Positions 26,128 to 37,564 of a DNA stretch of 64,000 nucleotides are shown here, piece after piece. Origin of the DNA: Podarcis erhardii (Eukaryota); assembly GCA_964252035.1 (NCBI GenBank), contig OZ176217.1, one strand, 5' to 3'. The notes under the pieces were generated by a model that saw only the letters and a list, made by a program, of their open reading frames with translations, did no database searches and was not told the DNA's origin. The position numbers and the translations under genes were made by a program. Every line of letters starts with the position of its first letter. The first letter of the stretch is position 1.

Positions 26128-26316
26128 CAGGGGTACCTACTTGAATAAAACGGGGGGGGGGTAAGCCCCGCCTCGCATAATCGATCATATGCACGCACAC
26201 TATTTGAATGGCAATGCCCATCAACCTGGGAGGGACCCGTCCCTGCCCCCTCAAATATTTTATGGGTGTGTGGGGGGGGGCGAAGACCTCTCAGCCCCTA
26301 GGAATTGGCTCCTATA
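26128..26316 (-). mobile_element. hAT-like MITE, CpG-retaining copy
   Basis: Reverse complement of the family at 1273 and 19921 (CAGGGGTACCTACTTGAATAAAA...CCCCTAGGAATTGGCTCCTAT). Confidence 0.82.
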
Positions 26317-27219
26317 GCTCATTCGCGCTCTCTCTCTCTCTCGCTCTCTCTCTCACTCTCTCTCTCACACACACACACACACGTGTCAAAACGGATTATA
26401 TATTTAGCTCTCTCGCGCGGGTTCAACTACACGCAACGCAATCCTGCAAGTCTCACACCTTGCGCACAGGATTGCAGGCATAGACACACGTTCGTACACA
26501 GGCAATACTTTCAGTCAGAACACATTCTTATACACAAATGCCAGGGCAGGAGGAAGTACAGGGACATTTTGTAAGGCCTGGTTCACACATGCAGCGCGCC
26601 TCAGCTTCCTACATGACGACACCTGATGAGTGACGTCTGAACGTAGAGAAGCATCCTGACGCGGGGCGGAAAGTGAAGCCCCGTCTGCGGTGATTAATCT
26701 GCGATAGCCAAACTTCATTCACCTCCTGAAAATAATGGCTCGACGTGGCAGCTAGCAAGGGGGGAAACAAACATTTCAGAGGCTTACAAATGTAAGCAAA
26801 CATTTTTAGATGGGCTTCTCTCTCTCTCTCTCACACATACACAAAATCACACATTTCCACAACTGAACCAGGAAACGGAAGCTTTCAATGTTGGGGAGCC
26901 GGGGCGGAAGGTTTCTTCTCCCGCACAAAAAGGACAAGCCTTGAATAATGGGGACAGGAAGGAAAGGGACAAATGAAATGCACAGGCCCACTGCCTAGCC
27001 TTAATGAGCAGGGCCCCCTCCCTTTCTCTCCCACCTCTCCCGTATTGTGTTTTGATCAGGCCCGTCGAGACCCTTCGCAACCCCAAGTTCAACTCCCGCC
27101 CAGCTCAGAAACACATCAAAGCCCGCATTGACCCCACTCTCGGCTTCCGCGCGTGTGACGGCTCCGGCATTTTGCTAGAGATTTCACTTTTGCTGGAGAA
27201 AAGGAGAACGAAACAAAAG

Positions 27220-27221
<2 letters not shown>

Positions 27222-27254
<33 letters not shown>
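27222..27254. repeat. (GT)n microsatellite just upstream of the 1B CpG island
   Basis: Direct reading. Confidence 0.95.
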
Positions 27255-27258
<4 letters not shown>

Positions 27259-27439
27259 GATCCCGGCCTCGCGACAGCCGAGGGAGCAACAATCTTATAT
27301 GCACTGCTTTGGGTTTCACGGGATCCCTTGTATTCTGCGGGATTTACTTCCGAGGGTCGGGGTCCACGGGCTGCAATCTAAAAGGCGTTTACTTGAGCGT
27401 AAGCCCTCACTGAGGGCAGGACTTCTGCATATAGTCCGG

Positions 27440-28387
27440 CTATGAGGGGCTTTGCTGATTGATACACGCACCCCGGCACTATCCCCCCCCCCGCAGTTGC
27501 CTTCATCAGCCCTCTTGCTTCTTACAGACCCCCAGTCGCTCGGGGCAAACACACACACACCCCCAGACCCAGCCCGCCATCCCCTCCAGTTTGTCAATGA
27601 ATCCGCCTCCCCCGCGGGGCTCCGCCCGCCGCCCTCGCTGATTGCTCCGCCGCTGGCTAATCAGGCGCCTCCTCCCCCGCCGCCCCGCCTCCGCTTCGCC
27701 CCCCTCCCCTCGGAGCTCCCAAGCCCCGCAGCCAATGCGCGCAGGGCCGTAACTTTACTTTTCTGATTGGCGCTGGGCGAGCTGAGTGACGGGCCGGGCC
27801 GGCGGCAGCGGCCGGCAGCGCTTGGCCTCCCTCGCCTCCTTCCCTCCCCCTCCCCCCCCCGCCTCGGGCTCCCAGCAGAGGCTGCAGCCCCCCGCCGCCG
27901 CTGTCCACACGAAACTGGGTCCTGAAAGCTGCTTCGGCCGAGAAGCGCGCTTCTCCGCTGAGGGAGAGCCAGCCCGAGAGCCGCAGGACTGCGACGGCCG
28001 GCCGAGGAGCGAGCGAGGAGAGATTTCCTGAGGCGCCTGGAGCTTGAGCGCCCAGGTGTGTGTGTGGGAGGGAGAGAGAGAGAGGGAGCGCGAGTGCGCG
28101 CGCGCGGAGTGGGTGGGTGAGGGGACCCTCCCGCGAGAGCTGGCCAGGTGGAGACACACGCGCGCACACAGGCGCGCCACTAGAGCCGGCTCCCTTCGCG
28201 AAAGAGAGAGAGAGGGAAGCTCCCTCCGCAGCCTGAGGCGGGAGAGCGCACGCGCGCGCTTGGCCATGGGAGAGCCGCGACGCCGGGCGCCCCAGGAGCG
28301 CGGCAAACTTTAAGCGCGCGCGGAAGTGGGCGCGTGAGGTGGCCAAGCGCGCCGCGAGCAAAACGCCGCCTCCCTCGCTCCCTCCCG

Positions 28388-28418
<31 letters not shown>

Positions 28419-29900
28419 GCGCTCCCTCTCCTCGTCGCGCGGCGGGGATGCCGCTGGCAGGCTCCCGCCGCCGCCGCCGCCGCTGCCGCTTTCTCCTCAC
28501 CTCCTCTGGCGCCTCTCCAAGCCCAACTTCCCGCCAACTTCGGGGGCTGTGAGGGCGCCCGGCGGACGGAGGTCGTGGCTCGCGCCTGCCCGGCTGAGGA
28601 AACGAGAGGAGAAGCGCGGAGAAGGGACTTCTTTCCTCCGCCGCTCGACGCCGCGCGGTTCTCCTCAGGACTTGGGACGCCCGCCGAGCGAGACACCTGT
28701 CCGTAGCCCTCCCTCGCGCCCTCTCGGGGAAGGAAGCCGTGGCCGGAGCTTGGCTTGCCGGCTGAGGAGACGGAGGAGGAGGACGACGACGACGACGACG
28801 GAGCGGGACCCGCTCGCCCCCCCCCCGCGCCCCCTCGCCTCAGACAAAAGACTGACCCGGGCCACTTCCCGCCCCCTGAGGTAGCCCTTGCCTCCGTCGC
28901 GGAGGTGGAAAAGAAAGGAGATGCCCGCTGAAAAGTAGCCCCGCTGGAGCTGGGCAGCCTGACCCGTCCCTGCCCGCCTCTCTGCCTCCGCCTTGGACGA
29001 CCTCGGACTTGAAGAAGCGCTGCCTGTGGGGAGACTCTCTCTCCCCCCCCCAGCTCCTCTTCATCTTCATTCCCCCCCCCCCTTTCTTTTTTTCTTCTGA
29101 ATCACCGGACGGGATTGATGGCTTTTTCCTCCTGGAGGTGGGAGAAATAAGGCTTCCGCCTCCGCCGCCGCCGCCGCGCAAGCCGGAGCCTCGGCCGAGC
29201 CTGGCCAGGGGGAGGCGGGGGGCGGAGGGGGGAAGGGCGACTCGGGAGCGCCCGGCGAGCCCCCCCCCAAGCCCCTTCCGCTGCCGAGGAATAACTGCCG
29301 CGAGGATTGCCGGGCTTCTCGGGCTCCGGGCTCCGAGGGGGATCTTCTGGCCCGGGGGAAGTCGCGCGGTGTGTTTTTGTTTCCAATTTGTAGCCGAACG
29401 ACCTCGCTGCCAGCGACCCTCTGCTTGACCTTTCCACTCGAAAACAAACAAACCAACTAACTAGCCCCAGACAAAACAAAACAAAAAAGGGATCCCAGGG
29501 AGTTGAGCTTAAGGTGACCTGAAAACAAAACAAAACAAAAGCCTCGAGCTCCGTGGATCGGCTGCCCAGATGGAAATACACTGTAAGCACGACCCGTTTG
29601 CAGCGATGCATAGTAAGTAGAGGCGGCTGGTTCCCTTCCTCGCGGTCTCTCGCTCTTTCTCTGGCGTAGAAAGATGGGGCTGGTGCCGTGCCTTCGCCCC
29701 GCTCCCCGAAGCGGCTGCCCCGAGCTTCTTGGCTGAACTGGGAGGTGTGGGAGGGAGGGAGGGAAGGAGGAAGGGGCTGCGGGGCCGGGGATGCCTTGGG
29801 GCATTGCGAGGGAGGCACGGCGACGGTATTTGACCTGCTCTTGGCAGCCGGGAGCGGACGGGGACAGAGCAGGAGGGCGCTTGCCCGGCTCGCCGCCTCC
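27440..29900 (+). promoter_or_regulatory. PAX5: CpG island: exon 1B promoter and 5' UTR
   Basis: Very GC- and CpG-rich, with CCAAT at about 27732, an inverted CCAAT (ATTGG) at about 27766 and many GC boxes. It ends just after the 1B donor. The mammalian 1B promoter is a TATA-less CpG-island promoter. Confidence 0.85.
29570..29612 (+). CDS. PAX5: PAX5 alternative first coding exon 1B (MEIHCKHDPFAAMH-R), phase-1 donor
   Basis: ATG GAA ATA CAC TGT AAG CAC GAC CCG TTT GCA GCG ATG CAT A|gtaagt, 43 nt, at the 3' end of a CpG island. Resembles the PAX5B N-terminus and joins exon 2 in frame (A+GA=Arg). Confidence 0.95.
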
Positions 29901-30229
29901 TCTGTCCGGTTTGTTCCCTTTGTGGTTTCAGAGGAGTTAAAGCAAAGCAAAACAAAAGAGCCACACGGACATCCTCCTCTCTATGCACGAACACACGTCT
30001 TGGGCCACAGTATGTAGGGAGTGAATGGAAAGCGTTCTCCCTTTTGCTTTAGGACACGATCCAGCCAGAGCGAAACATTTTCGAAGTCCAAGTGATTTCA
30101 GTGGGAGGGTTTGAAGCATGTGCTTTAACTCCTCCTTCCAGCGCTGGGGAACTTAAGAACAGGTTCTCTTCGACTGGGTTGTGTTCTGTTAAAGCATCGT
30201 CACCATAATTATAATCACCACCACTTTTC

Positions 30230-30280
<51 letters not shown>
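30230..30280. repeat. (AAT)17 microsatellite
   Basis: Direct reading. Confidence 0.98.
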
Positions 30281-30285
<5 letters not shown>

Positions 30286-30490
30286 CAACTCAGGAGAGAG
30301 TAGCCTTGCCTTTGTCTCCAACGCAGATTAAGTGCTGTTAGACCAGGAAACGAAAGCCAGAGCTTGAGCAAAATAGCAGCTTCTAATATAACAGGCATCC
30401 CTATCTATCCTAAATGCATTTACTCGCAGGTAGATTGCATTGATTTCAAAACTGCTTACTTTTGCATAACGAATCTACTCATCAGGGTGT

Positions 30491-30564
30491 TCCTATGCAT
30501 GTCTACTCAGAAATAAGCCTCACTGAGTTCCGTAGGGCTTACTTTTAGGTAAGCGTGCATAGGA
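30491..30564. repeat. Best copy of a dispersed 75-90 bp imperfect palindromic repeat, family unassigned
   Basis: TCCTATGCA / TGCATAGGA terminal arms and TAAGCC / GGCTTA inner arms. Related remnants occur at about 3500, 7200, 9720, 15290, 18380, 36890, 38620, 48780 and 57120. Confidence 0.75.
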
Positions 30565-33500
30565 TTGTATCCTTACAGTATTTTTTTTAACCTATAGGAA
30601 CCTTCCACAAGCAGGGTTTTCATTATTATTATTTTTAAACTATGTTTCCCCCCTTTCCTCCATCCACTTCTGTTTTTGTGTGTCTTACTTTCTCTCTGTC
30701 TTTGTGTGTCTTTTTCAAAGTTCAGGGTAGCCCTACTTGACTTCCCCCTTTCCTGTTTATTCTGCAGTTATGCATGGGAGGGAGAAAACGCCTAAGAAGA
30801 AAATAGAATTAAAACGACAGTGACACCAGATTATTTTAACGCCTTTCTAAATAAAAACTCCTTCCGTATATAAATTACAAACTTGGATTTAAGAGTCACA
30901 CGCCCCCACCCCAAAATAAAAAAAGTTTTGTCTGTAGTATATTGTTGGCAATGTTTTCTTAACACAAGTTTTAGAAATAAAAATGACCAGCAGTTTTAAA
31001 ATGCAGTATAAGGATTCGTTCTCCCCTGAAAATTATTTTTCAAAGGCAAATATGTGACGACTGAATAAGACAGGATGTTTAAAAAGGCCTTAAATATTGG
31101 AAGTTGGCTGTTTAAGTTAGCAGGTCGTGTGTAATGTGTTTGCTTGAGATTTGTTGTGCTTGAGAGGGCTAGAGGAGATTTATCCATTAACACAATGTTA
31201 TGTGAAATGACATCTTCTCTCATGGTGAGTTAAACGCCGGATTAGATCCAGAGATTTCAAGGAAATATAGGGTAGAACTAATCGCATTTCCCTTACGCAC
31301 AAGGGCCTTTTAGCCAAGACGGATTTTCTTTTCTAGAAAAAAAAAGGGGGGGGGAATCCATGTGATCTATCTATCTATTCATCCATCCATCCATCCGGCG
31401 GCGAGATGGATGTGATCTATCTATCTATTCATCCATTCCCTCCCCAATAAAACAATTTCATACTAGATCATTGGATGCATGCAGAAAGCACAACGCAGGG
31501 CAGGCAGGCTGCAGATTCGCTTGGAAAGTATACAAGAGCCGTCACCTACAGAGAGAAGTGGTAGAGGAACACAACCTCCAGAGCTGAAATTGTCTGGAGA
31601 GGTTAAGGCTACTGATGCGCGCCCGCTCAGTCCTTCATCGGAGGAGAGAGGCTTTAAAATACGAACATCAAAAGGGGTCTTCTCTTTTCTCCCCCCCCTC
31701 TTCCCCCCTCTCTCCTGGAGTTGCCTTTGTGCTAATTTGAAGAGAGAGAGAGAGCGCGCGCGCATATGCGTGGAAGCTACCAGGGGACTAGGGGTTTCCT
31801 CCATTAACCTAAATAATGATAAATCGATAACTTCTTCAGGAATTTAAGAAGGAAAACAAACGCGGAAAAGAGAGAGTGGAGGGGGCGGGGGATAGGACCC
31901 TCACCCAGCATCTTATACTTCCCCACCACCCCAGTCCCTTCACGATCTTGTTATTTTAAAGCTGCGCCGTCAAAAAGAAGCCAGTTGTTGCTCTCCTTTC
32001 CCAAAGTAGCGGGTAGGAAATGTGACTGATCTCTTTACTGGACATTAACACCAGCGCGCTCCTTTCTGCCAGGAAACGTATTTTGTTCTGCAAGAGGCGC
32101 CGAAACTTCGGTTCAAATGCGCAGAAGGGAAAAGAGCCCTCGCAGTTCCCTCCCCTGCCCATCCAGAAGAATCGCCTTCTAAACCAGACGCAGCCTTTGA
32201 TTATAAAGAAATCCGTAGTACTAGAAGAATCTGTTTCCCAGGAATCTGTTTTAGATTCGCTTCGAACCATGGCAGCACTGGGCGCTAGATTAGCATTCTC
32301 CCCAATGAGGGAACTGCCTGGAAATATAAACACGGAAACGGCTCGAAAGCCGTGCGCAAAAAAGGCACCAAAATCCCCTCCGGACAAATCGGATGGCTGC
32401 TAGTGGAGGTCTTTATATTAGCCTCGATGTATGTTTTGGTCCCGGGTGGGTGGGAGGAAACACACGTTTTCTCACGTTAACCATCACCAGGGTCAAAACA
32501 CACAGGCAGGAGAAAACCTTCACGCCCCGTGCTACATTGTAGCAGCATCTGGGGGGAGGGACCAGACCTTTGTAGGTGGACAGACAACCAGGGAGGAGTG
32601 AGCCTGCCTGCCTGCCTGCCTGCCTGCCTGCATACGACCTTGTCGTTTCTCCGACTCCCCCTCTCTGTTCCTTCATGGTAGTTCGCATCCTCACCCATAA
32701 TTCACTCTGCATATTTTCTACACAGATGTAACTAGTTGATAGTCGGAGTTTTAAATCGCACGTTTCGCATACTCGATGCCTTAGCTTGAGCTGACCTGAC
32801 TTTTCAATTAGCATGATAGAGCTGGGCAGGCTTGGGGGAAGAGACCTTTCAGTTACTTCTGGTTAACGAGGAGATTAAAACTGGACAATATCTCCGAGCT
32901 TCATATATGAAGAAAACTATTTCTTCTTCTCTTGGCTGCCGCTTCCTTCCATATAAAGTTTTTTTCTCTTTTAACTCACTATCCCGTCATTCGCTGCCGA
33001 CGCCAACAGTTAGTTTACGTGTAAAGGCACACTGAAACATAGTCAGGTTTTGCAGACGGAAGAAAGGGCATCTGGGGGTGTTGATCTTTCAACTGACGTC
33101 CTCTGTGATGGCTCGTTCAAATTATGGAGAGCCCCCAAGCCAAAAATCTCAGTTGCACCAATATTTGCCACCCCATCTGCAATATATAATAAGCCTTGCT
33201 CTCTAACGCACTCCAGGAAGGCTGGAGTGCGTTGAGAAAATGAAAATTAAGAGAATAAATTATTCGGAATTAAAGCAATTATTGTGTGTGTGTAGCTAAT
33301 AGTTGAACAACATAACGGATACTTTTGAGGATGGACTACAAATCAGGCTCTGCATATGATCAAAATGAACCCCCCCCTTCAATGGACCAGATAACCAACT
33401 GGACCAGATAATGCCGGAGACAGTTAAGTCTTGGACGTGCCAAAATAAAATCATGTGCAATAGCCAAAGAGAAAAAAAACATGAATTTCAAAGCGCCCCA

Positions 33501-33804
33501 TCTAGGCCTGTATGAGTGATCTTACCGGTTCCTTAAAAAAAACACAACCAAGTGACAGTGAAACTGAAATAGATAGTGTATTAGATGTTTGTTTATTGAT
33601 TGCTAATGAGTTTTCGCCCATTGGATGCGCGTGCTTGCACCCCCTCGCCCCACATAACCTGTTATCTGTCATGCCACACTTTAGTCAGGAACCAGCGTTG
33701 GCGATTCATCAGTCTTGTAAAACTTTGTATCCAAACAGGCGGACTGACTCATTGTATGCATATGTATAGATTTGCCCCCCCCTACTTTTCTTGGCGGTTT
33801 AGGA

Positions 33805-33820
33805 ATCTATCTCTATCTAC

Positions 33821-33865
<45 letters not shown>

Positions 33866-33880
33866 ATCTATCTATCTATC
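33805..33880. repeat. Interrupted (TATC)n microsatellite
   Basis: Direct reading. Confidence 0.96.
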
Positions 33881-36684
33881 GTCCCTGAAGGAAGCATGGA
33901 ATAAAAATATGATCAGTTAAATAAATAAAAACAGCTGCCTAACACACAGGCACAGCTATATAGCAATACATTTAGCCATGGGTACACATACTTAATTCAG
34001 CCTGTTTTGTATGCAGATATCTAATACTGATCACCGGCAAGCACATGGGCAGAAAATGAGAAAGATTCATGCCGAACTTGCGACACCGGCACATAGCATC
34101 ACACACTCTCATACACACACAGACGCACCCAGCTTCCTTGTGGAAGTTTTTCGAGTAGCTAATTCTATAGTCGACATTTGTCGGTCCAGCCTTACTAAAT
34201 ATCTGCAACCTGATTTCTCCTGGGCAGACCAATTATCCCAAGAAGACAAGGAATCTTATACTGGGCAGAACAACGAACAATATCTTATAAGAGCTGAGCT
34301 AACTTGCATTCTGAGAAAGAACTATCTGATCTTTCTGTATCGAGTGTTTTAATGTGCTTGCCTTGAAGCAACGAAGGTCTCATCAGCTCGCTTTCCCTTT
34401 CTGAATTAATGCTTTTTTATTATTTAAGTAAATTAAATTAAATTTAAGTAAATTAAAGTAAACACCGATAACTTCTATCTGATAATAGAGAATTTCTGCC
34501 TGATAATAAGGAAGGCACACGCTGCAGCTTCCCCACGGATGGATCGTTTTCTTTTCATTTAAACTAGTTATTCCCTTTCTGTCCCATAAATTTTCCCCAG
34601 CTAGTAAGATGACCGACATAAATCCGTAGTCCCCTTTAACTGCCAGCAAGAGACTCAGGAATGACTTGTGCGTCGTTTCCTTAGCCCAGCTTGCACTTCG
34701 ATGTCACGGGACAATTGCAGATCCAGCCCACCAAGGAAGAGAGTGCAGGTCGGTCAGGATTAACAGCAAACAACCCATCCAGGCCTTGGGTAGGAAAGGA
34801 TCCTTTTCCTGGCATTCTCCCCAGTCCATATAGCTTTGGAATGGAAACTCTGACTGCCTTCTTACTCCCATTCATTTTATACTGGATGAAAACCAGAAGG
34901 CTTTAGGTTTGAAATTGGCCATTGTGGGTGGGGAAGAAGGTAATATTTTTGGAAGCAGAATATCATGTACCCCTGTCTGTGTCTACTGTATGTATGTATG
35001 TATGTGTGTGTGTCTTTGTCTGTTAGTTTTCCTAAAACATCCACTTGTTTAAACTTCCTAACTCATTTTTACTATCCATTAGCATTGAGCTCCTTAGTTT
35101 ATTTCCTTAACCCACCCCACCCTCCATAAGGACCAAGCATTATATACACTCAGGGTCTGTAATTCAGGAAATGTGATAACTACCTCACCCCTGCAAACCT
35201 TTTACAAAGGTGGAATATCAGTTGTTTGATTTTGCTCCAATCGTGTGCACTGTTGGTCTGCTTAAACCTTCAAACATCCAGGAGCCTTGATTATTAGAAT
35301 TAAAATGTTCCATAGCCTTCTTAGTGAACCTTTATACACTAGGATGCGAGGGAATTCTCCCCTCTGTTATCCCCACTCTTTTTCTGTCTCTGCCTTCTTT
35401 TCCTCTCATAAATCATCCTTGTATTTGGATATTACAGTAACAGTAGTCACCTGGTTGCAACTTTGTTCACTTGGGAGGCTACAGTGCTTCATTCTTTGCC
35501 CTTACCTAACTAGCCCAGGTACTCCCAAGTTTGTTAAGTTCAGCTGGGTTTCATTTGCTTTCAGCATTCTTATCTGTTTCAGCTGGGAAGCTGGAACTAC
35601 TCTACACTACATAACTTCTAAGAGCAGGGATATACGGCTGTCTAAGTTAACTGATAAATCCGACCCCTTTCCTGGTTGCTGCAATATTAACCAGGATTTT
35701 AAATCAATAGAGATTGCATGCAAATGTATAGCTAACCAAGACCACAGTCCCTTTGCCTAATTTTGACTTTGCAATTTGTAATCTTTGAGGATTCTTATGC
35801 AGCCAGCATAGTGAACAATATTTCTATTAAATAATGTTTAATATTGTTAAAGCACATTCACTGGGGTAAAAATAATGACTGAAAACCATGTTCTTTCAAC
35901 AGCTGAACCCTTTAATTAATTTATTTTTAAGCTCCTTCCTTCCTTCCTGGTCCAGACAGTAGCTCAAAATGAAGGCACCAATAAAACAAAGAAAGCAAAA
36001 AGTGGACTCACCAAACTTCATTTTAAGGGCAGAACATATTTGGCCATAACTAGTCAGCTGAAAAATAAAATATTCAGTTTTTAAAATGAGTAGCTACAGT
36101 AAGAGTCTGTGCTTGGTTGACACAAATTACTTTAATAATCAAGTAGTTATTGTGGATTTTTCATATGTTCTGACATGCTCCAAAGTTTGGCAGCAATTTA
36201 TGAATTGGGAAATTATTGGGTTTAAAATAAGTGTTTTATATATGTAACTGGTTTGTTTAATACAGAAACGGTTTGCCTTGTCAACTGATTCTGAACAGTT
36301 CAAGTCCTCTGTAAATAGAGAGATTAGCTTATTACTTTTGCTCAGTTGTTGCCAATGATGCTGGTTATTGCAATTATTTGTTTTCAACATTGCAATTTCT
36401 CTATTATAAGTAGTTTGCATGATTAACAATTTGGGAGTTAATTATATTTTCTCAGTTAGCTACATGTCATTATATTTCGCGCTCATTGATTTTACCCAGT
36501 TAGCTGCTATTCATCTAGTTGAGAACCATTTCACAACAGATAGATGTTTCACCTTGCTAAAGGAGAGTAGTGAAAATACACACAGAGAAAGAGCCATCTA
36601 TTTAGTTTGTCTGAGCCACGCTCTGTAGGCTCCTAATATTTATAGAGGCTCTTCTACATTCTATCAGCTAGAAGTTATTGACTA

Positions 36685-36692
36685 TACATACA

Positions 36693-36728
<36 letters not shown>

Positions 36729-36732
36729 TATA
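36685..36732. repeat. (TACA)9(TA)6 compound microsatellite
   Basis: Direct reading. Confidence 0.96.
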
Positions 36733-37398
36733 TCTTGAGGACATACATAATTAAACTGTGGTTTTCAAAGTAAAAGTGAATGCTAGGCAAATTTCATCTT
36801 TGAATAAATTTTGCTAAATTTGCCCATATTTTCCCCTTATGGGAAAATATTTGGGCCTTCTTTTCTAACCAAGTGAGATAGGATCCCTGATCCTAAGCAC
36901 GTTTACTGGAAAGTAGGTCTCATTGAGCTTAATGGTACTTAAAAGTGAGTGTGCTAAGGATTTTCAGCCTTTATATCCACCCTATCAGTTAGGCATCATG
37001 AGTGATTTTACATTGCCTGATGATTCCAGGCATTGGCCTAAAAATAACTTTTGAGAGATGGTTTTGCAAATCAGAGGCCTGATTCTCATGCCACATAATC
37101 CTGGGTAATTATTGAAGTAATTAGAGTTACACAAGTGTAAAATTGCTATCAATGTCAAATTAGGTCTCAGTAAATAACATTGTTCCTCCTCCTCTCAGCA
37201 AATAAACCATAGCCATCATTTCAGAAATGGTGAACTGAAACTGAAACTCTTGTTTAAGAATTTGCCCAGTGCTTGATGGTAGATGGGAATCTATAGCTGA
37301 AACAGGCCTTATGTAAGCATCTTCTAAACAGTCACAAAGATGTATTTTTTTCTCTGCTTGTTTTTGTTTTTGTTTTTGTTTCCTCCCATATGTTTCAG

Positions 37399-37564
37399 GA
37401 CATGGAGGAGTGAATCAGTTAGGGGGTGTTTTTGTGAATGGTCGACCACTCCCTGACGTAGTCCGCCAAAGGATTGTGGAACTTGCCCATCAAGGTGTCA
37501 GACCCTGCGACATTTCCAGGCAACTACGGGTCAGCCATGGCTGTGTCAGCAAAATTCTTGGCAG
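37399..37564 (+). CDS. PAX5: PAX5 exon 2, N-terminal part of the paired domain
   Basis: tttcag|GA CAT GGA GGA GTG ... CTT GGC AG|gtaaaa, 166 nt. Translates as (G/R)[55 protein letters not shown]. Confidence 0.99.

Noticed and set aside
27657-29994. Long overlapping ORFs (up to 282 aa) on both strands in the 1B CpG island
   Set aside because: Stop-codon scarcity in GC-rich DNA; low-complexity Arg/Pro/Gly/Ala translations, mostly non-ATG starts and no recognisable domain.
10367-32630. Two (CCTG)n arrays, one after each first exon, suggesting promoter duplication
   Set aside because: The flanks do not align beyond a 7-mer; independent microsatellites are the simpler explanation.
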